Assembly: GCA_035278105.1 (NCBI GenBank) | Contig: DATEJI010000108.1 | Coordinates: forward strand, 142,350-206,349 | Source: Candidatus Saccharimonadales bacterium | GTDB lineage: Bacteria > Patescibacteriota > Saccharimonadia > Saccharimonadales > UBA4665 | Reading direction: 5' to 3' | DNA length: 64,000 bases | Shown: positions 56,507-64,000 of the stretch, piece after piece | Numbering within the stretch: the stretch's first letter is position 1 | Layout: the number at the start of each line of letters is the position of its first letter | Notes under the pieces: model-generated | The model's database searches: none | The model's input: the letters and a program-made list of their open reading frames with translations, nothing else | Told to the model about the DNA's origin: nothing | Program-made: the position numbers and the translations under genes

Positions 56507-57310
56507 CTATCCCTGCTGAGGCAAAACCTCCGCCTGACGCAAGTACTCGAAGGCAACGCCGAACATACCAGGCAACGACGCCCTTGCCGGCTGAGCAGTA
56601 GCCCAAGAGTTTTCCAATACTTGAAGGACACGCTCGTCGCCCAATCTCACGCCAGTTGCCGCATCGTTGGTCGAGTCAGGATTGTCAATCGCTTCATTTG
56701 GATACATTCTCACCAACTTATTAGCAGTCAGCCAAAGCTGCTCTGGCGGTTCCGAAGGAACGGTTATATGGGCATCGAGCTGAAGATGAGCAACTCTTCT
56801 GTCGTCTTCAACCAACTCCTCAGATTCGGCCTTGCATACCCCCAACCATCTGGCAAGTATGTACTCGGTCTCTCCTCCGGTCACGCCAAGAATTGCTGCA
56901 CTCTGCTGCGCTACTTCGCCTTGCGGGCATATTCTGATATACCCGCTGCGCTCTTCTTGAGCAAGCGTTCGATAACCATCCCCATATTCTTCAGCGGATG
57001 TTACCTCTACTTCCAAACCACTTACTCCAATATTCTGTATGTAGTCGTCTATACCTCGCGCAGCCACTAACCACGATGCTGCGCTGACATACCATTCTGC
57101 GCATGCATCTTCTTGTTCGGCCACTCGTTCAACGAGTTCGGGAATCGCCCCGCCCACCGTTGGCGATACCGGTTCGTATGGAGCAATAGCTGCGGCCACA
57201 TCCGTAACACCCGCCAGTTCAAATTGCTTATCCATCCAGAGCGCGGCCGTATCGCCCATTGTTCGCATCGTGGAGTCAGTTATCTCTACACCGTAATCTC
57301 TTGCCTTCAT
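56507..57310 (-). CDS. Orphan acidic protein (family D, copy 1)
   Basis: TVGGAIPEL, PQGEVAQ, LPGMFGVAFEYL align with 57328-58083. Confidence 0.7.
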   Translation of the reverse strand: MKARDYGVEITDSTMRTMGDTAALWMDKQFELAGVTDVAAAIAPYEPVSPTVGGAIPELVERVAEQEDACAEWYVSAASWLVAARGIDDYIQNIGVSGLEVEVTSAEEYGDGYRTLAQEERSGYIRICPQGEVAQQSAAILGVTGGETEYILARWLGVCKAESEELVEDDRRVAHLQLDAHITVPSEPPEQLWLTANKLVRMYPNEAIDNPDSTNDAATGVRLGDERVLQVLENSWATAQPARASLPGMFGVAFEYLRQAEVLPQQG

Positions 57311-57327
57311 GTGCTATCCTTCCCAAA

Positions 57328-58083
57328 TTATTCTAGCAGGTCATTGGTATCGCCGGGTAAATTACTAAGGTATTCCAGCGTACGGCCAAAAGCAGCCGGC
57401 AGTTGAGGCGCGGTAGCTACCCGCTCACCATGGCCATCATACACGTCGGAGATGGTGAGCAGATCGGTCGCTTCGCCGTAGTCAAGCGCGACATTGACAT
57501 CTGTATAAATGCTGCGCATTGGCGGATCAAGCTCCTCCACTCCAGTGAACTGAGCAGAAAGTATAAGCGCATAGCTCGCCATGTCCGGCGAACTCCAATC
57601 GGCTGTCAAGCGCTCCACTGGCTTCCCAATATGCAATATCTCGCCGCAGTGCTGAGCAACATCACCCCCGTTCGGTACTACCTCAAATTTGCCTTTCATA
57701 CGCCCAGCGTCTTGGCGAAGATACAGGCTAACTCGCTCTTGCCCGCCAGTAAGCGGCGGTGAGTCCATGAACCGTTCAATATTCACCACGGCCGCCAGAA
57801 CCGACGCTCCGCTGACAAATTGTGCTACCTCGTACTCATCAAGCTCTTGCCGAGCGAGCGCCGCAAGTTCGGGATGAGCACCGCCCATGGTGAGGGTATT
57901 ATCGGAGTACGACCCCAGCAACGGTCGATGATCTGGAGGGCCGAGATCTAAGGCATCAATAACCGCTCCGGCGGCGACATTGGCAATGACTCGCAACGGC
58001 CAGGTTGTAATATCGTAGCCATGATCGTGAGCGCTTTCAACATCGCTGGGAACCGGAAATTCATACCTGCGGATACCTGACAT
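57328..58083 (-). CDS. Orphan acidic protein (family D, copy 2)
   Basis: TMGGAHPEL, PNGGDVAQ, LPAAFGRTLEYL; TATCCT-N6-ATG. Confidence 0.7.
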   Translation of the reverse strand: MSGIRRYEFPVPSDVESAHDHGYDITTWPLRVIANVAAGAVIDALDLGPPDHRPLLGSYSDNTLTMGGAHPELAALARQELDEYEVAQFVSGASVLAAVVNIERFMDSPPLTGGQERVSLYLRQDAGRMKGKFEVVPNGGDVAQHCGEILHIGKPVERLTADWSSPDMASYALILSAQFTGVEELDPPMRSIYTDVNVALDYGEATDLLTISDVYDGHGERVATAPQLPAAFGRTLEYLSNLPGDTNDLLE

Positions 58084-58211
58084 GGCACTAGGATATCACA
58101 ACTTGCAATCCGCTCCGCTTGTCGTTCGTTGGAGTCAAAATCGCTCGCCCGCGGGCGTTCTCGATGCGTGTTCGCTACCCAAATGCTTTACATGTGCGAT
58201 ATACTAGAAGT

Positions 58212-58349
58212 ATGAAACGAACCATAAGCACGATTGTGCTTTTTGTTTTGCTCATCCTGACCGTGGTCGCACTGACGAAGCTCTCGTCGAGCCAAGCCAG
58301 CGCCCTTAGCGACACTCAAAAGCCGATGGCCAGCCATGGAGCTTTCTAG
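58212..58349 (+). CDS. 45-aa signal-peptide-like ORF overlapping the YbhB gene in another frame
   Basis: TATACT-N6-ATG; MKRTISTIVLFVLLILTVVALTKLSSSQASALSDTQKPMASHGAF*. Confidence 0.45.
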   Translation: MKRTISTIVLFVLLILTVVALTKLSSSQASALSDTQKPMASHGAF

Positions 58350-58773
58350 CCCGGCGTTTGGCGCGAACCAGCCAATACCGGCGAATCACACCGTCAAAGG
58401 TGCAGGCGTCACACCGCCACTCATGATTACGAATGTCCCAGACGGCACTGCCAGCTTGGCGATTATCGTTCATGATCCTGATGCGCCGAGCGGCGATTTT
58501 ACGCACTGGATTATTTGGAATATCTCGGCAACCGCCAGCGTGCTTCCCGAAAATCACATACCAACGGGTGCCATCGAAGGCGTCAACGACTTCGGCAAGC
58601 AAGGCTACGGTGCGCCGGCGCCACCTTCCGGCACACACCGCTATATGTTTGACGTCTACGCGCTGAACATCGAGCTGCCGCTGAAGCCCGGCGCGAGTTT
58701 GCGCGAGCTGCAAGCTGCCATGGAAGGACACATCCTCACCCAAGCACAACTTGTCGGCACGGTTACGGCGTAG
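58336..58773 (+). CDS. YbhB/YbcL (PEBP/RKIP-like) protein
   Basis: LSSPAF, VHDPDAP, FTHW, PAPPSGTHRY. Confidence 0.92.
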   Translation: MELSSPAFGANQPIPANHTVKGAGVTPPLMITNVPDGTASLAIIVHDPDAPSGDFTHWIIWNISATASVLPENHIPTGAIEGVNDFGKQGYGAPAPPSGTHRYMFDVYALNIELPLKPGASLRELQAAMEGHILTQAQLVGTVTA

Positions 58774-58851
58774 CGTAAAAATGCGACCTTAAAGGTTCGC
58801 CGTTGGTCGACCTCTCTTTGTTCATGAGCGCCACCAGCTTCCGCGAGTTTA

Positions 58852-60009
58852 CTACTTGCTGCCTGGCGCAGTAACGATCTCTTCCCAAGGGAGATGTTTC
58901 TTGCCGAAGTGGCCATAGGCGCTGGTTTGACTATAGATCGGACGAGCTAAGCGTAAGGTGTCGATAATGCCCTTTACGCTCGTATCCAACAGATTGTGCA
59001 TGAAGCTATACAGTTCGCTTTCGCTCGCTGTCGCCGTACCGAATGTCTCGATGGTTTCCATCAGCGGCCGCGGATGACCGATAACATACGCCAAGCCGAC
59101 TTCGCACTTTGTAGCCAGCCCAGCAGCCACGATATTTTTGGCGATGTAGCGCGCCGCGTACGCACCCGAGCGGTCGACTTTGCTCGGATCCTTACCGCTG
59201 AACGCGCCGCCGCCAACCCGCGCGTAGCCGCCGTAGCCATCGACGACAATCTTGCGACCGGTGAGACCGGCGTCGCTCGCAGGGCCAGGAATGTGCCACA
59301 GGCCAGTGCCGTTCACCACGATATTTGCATCCGGCGGCAGCGCGAAGCCATGCGTCTTAAGCACCGGCGTAAAAACGTGCTTGATGACATCGGCTCGCAC
59401 TTCTGCCGCCGGTGTACTCTCGCTATGCGCCACCGCGGCTACGAGTTTTTCGACCGCCACTGGCGCGTCATCTTCGTAACGTATGGTTACTTGCGCCTTG
59501 CCGTCGGGGCGCAACCACTTGAGGCTGCCTTTTTCGCGCAGCTCGTCGATCCGCCGCGTCAATGCATGCGCAAGCATAATGGGCAGCGGCATGAGCTCCT
59601 TAGTTTCGGTGCAAGCAAAGCCGAACATCATGCCTTGGTCGCCGGCACCGTCGTGGTCGGCGCCACGCGCGATCTCTGGCGACTGTTGGTGAATATTGTC
59701 GGTAAAAATCGACGCCGTCGAAAAGCCCCAGGCCGGATTGGTGTATCCCAGTCGCTTGATTGTCTCCCGCGCAATCTGTTCGTAGTCGATCGTGGCAGTC
59801 GTCTTGATCTCGCCGAACAGGCAGATTTGGTTCGCGCCGGCAATCGTCTCGATGGCTGTGTGAGCTTTTGGGTCCTGCGCCAGCGCCGCGTCCACAATTG
59901 CGTCGCTAATGGCGTCGGCGATTTTGTCCGGATGCCCGGCGCAGACCGATTCGCTCGTAAACAGCCGACTGCGTATGGCAGACTGCTCGCTCGTGTTAGG
60001 TTTTGACAT
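58852..60009 (-). CDS. metK: S-adenosylmethionine synthetase
   Basis: SESVCAGHPDK, GAGDQG, LTGRKI, GGGAFSGKD. Confidence 0.98.
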   Translation of the reverse strand: MSKPNTSEQSAIRSRLFTSESVCAGHPDKIADAISDAIVDAALAQDPKAHTAIETIAGANQICLFGEIKTTATIDYEQIARETIKRLGYTNPAWGFSTASIFTDNIHQQSPEIARGADHDGAGDQGMMFGFACTETKELMPLPIMLAHALTRRIDELREKGSLKWLRPDGKAQVTIRYEDDAPVAVEKLVAAVAHSESTPAAEVRADVIKHVFTPVLKTHGFALPPDANIVVNGTGLWHIPGPASDAGLTGRKIVVDGYGGYARVGGGAFSGKDPSKVDRSGAYAARYIAKNIVAAGLATKCEVGLAYVIGHPRPLMETIETFGTATASESELYSFMHNLLDTSVKGIIDTLRLARPIYSQTSAYGHFGKKHLPWEEIVTAPGSK

Positions 60010-60011
60010 AA

Positions 60012-60157
60012 AAATATCCTTTCTGCCGACTGGCGGAAAGGATTGCAGGCATGTGCATATCTTTCCCGCGGCGGCGGGCTAGATGGAGCACCTTATCCTC
60101 GTCGGATAGGTTGCCGGCAGATCAACGAGCTAGATCTCTCCCTGCACTCTGTATATT
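60012..60157 (-). promoter_or_regulatory. SAM-I-like riboswitch with an RBS-sequestering hairpin
   Basis: Minus strand AGAG...GGAGAGA...CGGCAACC...AGGTGCT...AAAGAT core directly upstream of metK; ATCCTTTC/GAAAGGAT stem covers the RBS. Confidence 0.88.
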
Positions 60158-60208
60158 CTTAGGTTGTTAACTTTTTCAGTATAGCACAGTGTGATATGCT
60201 TGGTCGCT

Positions 60209-60793
60209 ATGCCTGAACGAATTACGCTCATAAACCAAAAACTGCATGAGATGCCAGAGGATGTGCTTCGCGGCCGACTGCAATATTTGTCGGGTCCGTC
60301 GTTCGCATCAACCGAGGTTGTGGTCGGCCTGGAAGATGCCGAACATACAACGTGGATGTACCGATATCATGCCGCCGGCAACGAGATTGAACACGAACTG
60401 GAGCTACCAGACCAGCACGGCCTGCGCCTGGGCGTCGCTTTTGAACTATGCATGGCTGGTGGGTTTCCTGGGCACGATTGTGCATCCGTGCAAGAGTATA
60501 TCAGTGGCTGGCGCGACACGCCGATTATTACCTCGGCGCTTTCGCTCGTAGAGCCACCCCGCGAATACGCTCCGGCTTCACCGACCGAGCTGCAGCTCGG
60601 GCACGCCTACACATACAGCTATGCACTCGACGGTGACCCGGCGCTACACGACGTCCATCGGGTGTACGGCATCGACGATCCCACGCGCAGCCTGAGTAGT
60701 CCTGGTGTAATCGCACCGCTAGTGATTGCCGATAATCTGGCGCTCGCCCAAATCTTCGGGCAGTACATAGAAGAAGTCACGCTGCCGTACTAG
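60209..60793 (+). CDS. Orphan acidic hypothetical protein
   Basis: About 194-aa ORF from MPERIT; no motif recognised. Confidence 0.6.
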   Translation: MPERITLINQKLHEMPEDVLRGRLQYLSGPSFASTEVVVGLEDAEHTTWMYRYHAAGNEIEHELELPDQHGLRLGVAFELCMAGGFPGHDCASVQEYISGWRDTPIITSALSLVEPPREYAPASPTELQLGHAYTYSYALDGDPALHDVHRVYGIDDPTRSLSSPGVIAPLVIADNLALAQIFGQYIEEVTLPY

Positions 60794-60868
60794 TTGCCGT
60801 ACTGATAATAGGCGGGGCTGTCCGCTACGGGCTACGGTATGCGCCATGCGCGCGCCCCATGCGCGAGT

Positions 60869-62296
60869 TCAGTCTTGCTCCGATCGAGCACGCCTACTGT
60901 GCTCTGTCAAAGCAAAGCCAGCCATTGCTTGCACGCCCACGAGGTCGGGCAATGGTGAGATTTGCAGTGGGCTGACCTCGTCGATAGCGGCTATCCGCTC
61001 TTCGACCTGGCCGCGTATATCGTCCATCATCCCCGCCTCGCCGCCGAGTCGTTCTGCCAAGTGATGTACTTCTCCTAAAAACGCGGTGGCATAAAAATCC
61101 CAGCGCTGCACCGTGGTGTAGGCTTCGGCCACGGTGGCTTCCCGAGCAAACTCTGGCGCCTCAACAGCACCCTGTTCGGCCAATACTCGGCCGAGTGCAC
61201 CTTCGGTATACCACCACTGTATTGACCGAGCAAGTCGGCCGACGTCGGCAGCGTCGCTCCGCTCAATTCGTGGGCGCAGTGCGGCATAATAACTGGCGAC
61301 ACTTGCAACAAGCTGGCGATGCGTTTCTACATCCAAAAGCCCAGCCTCGCGCCGCGTCATGCCCGAAAGGCTCATATCCCGCAGCGCATCTGCCGTCAAG
61401 TACGGCACCTCGCTCACCATCATAAATGGGTCATGCACCAGCCCAGATAAATACTCTGCGGATGTCGTACCATTCACCCACCGCATCTGCTCGGGCGGCG
61501 TGTGTTTGGCGCGGTAATCATACGCCGCCCGAGCAGTGAATAGCGGATGGTACAACCCCGGCCCTATTTTTTGGATGTACGGCATTTCCGGCTCGCCTAC
61601 CTGCATAGCAAACCCTTTGTCTGCAGAGATCTCCGTCAGCGCGGCTTGCAGCTCGTCGCTCGGGTGCGATACATAGTAGTAGACATCGTCGATACCGCTG
61701 GCATGCACCTCGTGCATCACCGCTGGCTTGTATGTTCTCATAAGATGCATGCTTGCGGCAACTTCGGAAGTAACATCGGTAAAATTTGCCTTCCCATGCC
61801 GAAAAGGATAGCCCCACGACACTTGCTCGGTAGCAGCGGAGCGGTAAAAGCCGAGTGCGTACGTTGCCGGATCAAACTCTCCTTCGCCAGTCTCCACCCA
61901 CCGCTGCAGCGCAATACCGTCAGGATGCTCCGTGGTGCTAAAAATAAAGTTATAGCCAGACTCATCTAACAAATCCGGATTTTCGCAAAGCACTCTAGCG
62001 CTCGCGGCTTGGTCGAGCGTGGCCGGCAGCTCGTTTTCATGCCCGAGTTTCTTGAGCACGTATGGCCGATCGGCCTCATACTCTGGATCGCTGACGATGA
62101 GCGCTTCTATCGGCCGGCCGTCTGGATAATCTGGCGTGCGGTCAGCGCCGTAACCGACAACTTCGGTACGCGCCAGCTCAGGATATTCTTCAACAAGACG
62201 CTGGTTCGTTTCTCGTAACTGCTCGTACGTCTGATAGGTAGTGTACTGTTGCTGTTCGGCCGCGACCAAGGCGGCGATATGTTCCAAATTACTCAT
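60869..62296 (-). CDS. M14-like zinc carboxypeptidase, no signal peptide
   Basis: GHENE (HxxE), HEVH, EVPY; start at MSNLE after TATCAT. Confidence 0.75.
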   Translation of the reverse strand: MSNLEHIAALVAAEQQQYTTYQTYEQLRETNQRLVEEYPELARTEVVGYGADRTPDYPDGRPIEALIVSDPEYEADRPYVLKKLGHENELPATLDQAASARVLCENPDLLDESGYNFIFSTTEHPDGIALQRWVETGEGEFDPATYALGFYRSAATEQVSWGYPFRHGKANFTDVTSEVAASMHLMRTYKPAVMHEVHASGIDDVYYYVSHPSDELQAALTEISADKGFAMQVGEPEMPYIQKIGPGLYHPLFTARAAYDYRAKHTPPEQMRWVNGTTSAEYLSGLVHDPFMMVSEVPYLTADALRDMSLSGMTRREAGLLDVETHRQLVASVASYYAALRPRIERSDAADVGRLARSIQWWYTEGALGRVLAEQGAVEAPEFAREATVAEAYTTVQRWDFYATAFLGEVHHLAERLGGEAGMMDDIRGQVEERIAAIDEVSPLQISPLPDLVGVQAMAGFALTEHSRRARSEQD

Positions 62297-62380
62297 GCTT
62301 TCTATGATATCGCACCGAACGCAGCAGGCCGAATAGCTAGGCAAAATCCCTGTTATTTGTTACAATCTTGGGGTCGCCGA

Positions 62381-62454
62381 TGGGGACTGGCCAAGTGGTA
62401 AGGCAACGGGTTCTGGTCCCGTGATCGGGGGTTCGAATCCCTCGTCCCCAGCCA
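62381..62454 (+). tRNA. tRNA-Gln (anticodon CTG)
   Basis: TGGGGAC/GTCCCCA acceptor stem, ACGGG-TTCTGGT-CCCGT anticodon arm, TTCGAAT T-loop, encoded CCA. Confidence 0.97.
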
Positions 62455-62563
62455 GATTTTGTACAATCCGTCAACTTTATTGTTGGTATTTTTGTCTTCA
62501 TTTGCAGTGTTGTTCTTCATTGCGACTCCCTCTTCCTAGTCTTTTGTTTGTTACAATACTCTT

Positions 62564-62905
62564 ATGAAATATGACGGTACGATCGTTGAAGAAAGCTTAT
62601 TAGATAATCGCTTCTTGAATAAGTTAGAAATTTTAGGTGTCCACATCTCGTCTGCAGAGGTTCCAGAAAATCGATGGCATCTCTATAGAGTTAAAGTAAG
62701 TGAAAATGATATTTCTTCTCTCGCCAAGGAGCTAAAACCAAAGCATTGGTATATGCATTTTTGGAACGGTGACGATGTCATTGCAGTGTTTCCTGGTAGG
62801 ACTTTTAGGTTCAAGCATTCGGATAAGCCCACATGGGAGCCCGCCATAGCATACGGAAAGTCGATTGACATTCCAGTAGAACAGCTCGATTTTATAATTG
62901 CTTAA
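62564..62905 (+). CDS. Hypothetical protein
   Basis: 113 aa with WYMHFW and IPVEQLDF; TACAAT-N6-ATG. Confidence 0.75.
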   Translation: MKYDGTIVEESLLDNRFLNKLEILGVHISSAEVPENRWHLYRVKVSENDISSLAKELKPKHWYMHFWNGDDVIAVFPGRTFRFKHSDKPTWEPAIAYGKSIDIPVEQLDFIIA

Positions 62906-63061
62906 ATTTCACCGTGACCGGAAGATATCATGGAGTAAAGCGGACCCTCGAGCCTTCAACGCCTTGCTGTAGAGTTTGGCATTAACTGAGTATTCCTCTT
63001 TTGCGTCTTCCATGGCAAGCGAAGTAGCTGTAAATCCGATGGTACTATATATACTAATAGC

Positions 63062-63937
63062 ATGCGACCAAATAAAAAATTCCTGAAACAGCCGAGGAGT
63101 TTTTGGGCTCAGGTTAGGCTGATATCTATTACGCTGGGATATTCGAGGGGTGGTCAATTTAAAACGTACACTATCGAGCAAATTATCGAGTGTCTCAAGA
63201 CTCAAGGTCTGAGTGTACTTCATCTTGCTGACTCTGCGAATAAACCCACTCCCGAAGGCGCGCTATTGGTTGAGTACTTTCAATGTAGAGCAAAGTCACT
63301 CGACGAATATGCCAAACCAAATTTTATGAATAGAAGTCAGGCAAAAGTAGAGTTCGACAAACTGCACGAGACGCTCAAACCAACAATAAAGCTACCGCTC
63401 AACAAACAGAAGGGCGACAAAAAGCACTTTGCCTACCTTACGGGCATAGTGAACATGCTCACTGCCGAAAACTTACAGGATGCTGATTTCGATCCTGATC
63501 CACGTCGATTGACAGTAATCACTACTGGCGAAAAGCCGCTCAGGACGTTCGCAAGACGCGTTGACGGTGCTTATCCATCGGCCGTAAACCCTTTAGCAAT
63601 TTGGGAAATCAAAGAGTACTATGGCACGAAAACTTTTGGCAGTCGTGTAGCTGACGGTGTCTACGAAACGATGCTTGATGGCTATGAAATAGAGGAGCTG
63701 CGGATCAGTGAGAATATTGAGGTTGGCCATTACTTAATAGTAGATGACTATTTCACTTGGTGGAGCTGCGGTAAATCATATTTATGCCGCATGGTGGATA
63801 TGGTTCATGAAGGCTTCGTTGACGAAGTTATTTTTGGTCGTCAAGTCTTGACCCGCTGGCCTGAAATTGTAAAAAGCTGGAGAAAAGACATCACCATGTC
63901 AACAGTAGAAGGTCGTGAACGTCTTCTCCGATCATAA
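63062..63937 (+). CDS. PD-(D/E)xK type II restriction-endonuclease-like protein
   Basis: RVDG...WEIKEYY catalytic layout; TATACT-N6-ATG. Confidence 0.7.
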   Translation: MRPNKKFLKQPRSFWAQVRLISITLGYSRGGQFKTYTIEQIIECLKTQGLSVLHLADSANKPTPEGALLVEYFQCRAKSLDEYAKPNFMNRSQAKVEFDKLHETLKPTIKLPLNKQKGDKKHFAYLTGIVNMLTAENLQDADFDPDPRRLTVITTGEKPLRTFARRVDGAYPSAVNPLAIWEIKEYYGTKTFGSRVADGVYETMLDGYEIEELRISENIEVGHYLIVDDYFTWWSCGKSYLCRMVDMVHEGFVDEVIFGRQVLTRWPEIVKSWRKDITMSTVEGRERLLRS

Positions 63938-64000
63938 GCTGGTCTTTCTTTTGAAATCTCTTGAGCATAGATGAACCGTTGTCGATTATCAATTCCCGTT
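63891..64000 (-). CDS. Possible 3' end of a convergent gene truncated by the window edge
   Basis: Minus frame open from the edge: RELIIDNGSSMLKRFQKKDQLMIGEDVHDLLLLTW*; overlaps the REase tail. Confidence 0.3.
   Translation of the reverse strand, partial: RELIIDNGSSMLKRFQKKDQLMIGEDVHDLLLLTW

Larger units (their letters stand above)
62455..64000. mobile_element. Left part of a putative tRNA-anchored accessory island
   Basis: Visibly AT-richer sequence starting right after the tRNA 3' end; carries a REase-like gene; no integrase in the window. Confidence 0.45.

Noticed and set aside
58145-58156. 12-bp GC palindrome CGCCCGCGGGCG in a divergent promoter region
   Set aside because: Short, single and GC-only; expected by chance.
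58996-60006. 336-aa plus-strand ORF
   Set aside because: Antisense shadow of metK.
62369-62380. TGGGGTCGCCGA resembling a duplicated tRNA 5' end
   Set aside because: Only 5 nt are identical, and it lies within the expected leader after TACAAT; insufficient for an att site.
62353-62520. 55-aa minus-strand ORF with a GAGGGAG RBS running antisense through tRNA-Gln
   Set aside because: The second half is forced by the tRNA sequence; at most a remnant of an island gene tail, with no independent support.
62909-63223. 104-aa minus-strand ORF
   Set aside because: Half overlaps the REase gene antisense; no motif.
1-64000. CRISPR array, rRNA, transposase, integrase, prophage genes, stop-codon reassignment
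   Set aside because: No regularly spaced direct repeats or recognisable motifs seen; genes terminate normally at TGA, TAA and TAG.

Overview
Chromosomal segment of a reduced-genome bacterium, most consistent with Candidatus Saccharibacteria/CPR (inference from gene content; standard code 11). The housekeeping backbone comprises gatCA, uvrB, pfkB, fba, split tkt, rpe, rpiB, gap, ppa, trxB/glutaredoxin, pheST, yajQ, padR-pspC, rmuC, typA, rarA, metK with a SAM-I-like riboswitch, and tRNA-Gln(CTG). An AT-richer block with a restriction-endonuclease-like gene follows the tRNA. Interleaved are many orphan, acidic proteins in paralogous sets: three HExxH metalloprotease-like, two JAB/MPN-like, a tandem trio sharing an FGVxRF motif, and a tandem pair at 56.5-58.1 kb. 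Many genes carry a -10 hexamer exactly 6 nt before the start codon, a leaderless layout. The best novelty candidates are absent from the ORF track: (1) a complete promoter-RBS-ORF-terminator unit encoding a 48-aa GNGNSS-repeat peptide at 25187-25333; (2) an ~85-nt structured element present twice (33789-33870, 43999-44085); (3) a multi-stem leader upstream of ppa-NUDIX (20664-20768); (4) two long hairpins flanking rmuC. No CRISPR array, rRNA, integrase or transposase was seen. All assignments are by eye; no searches were run.
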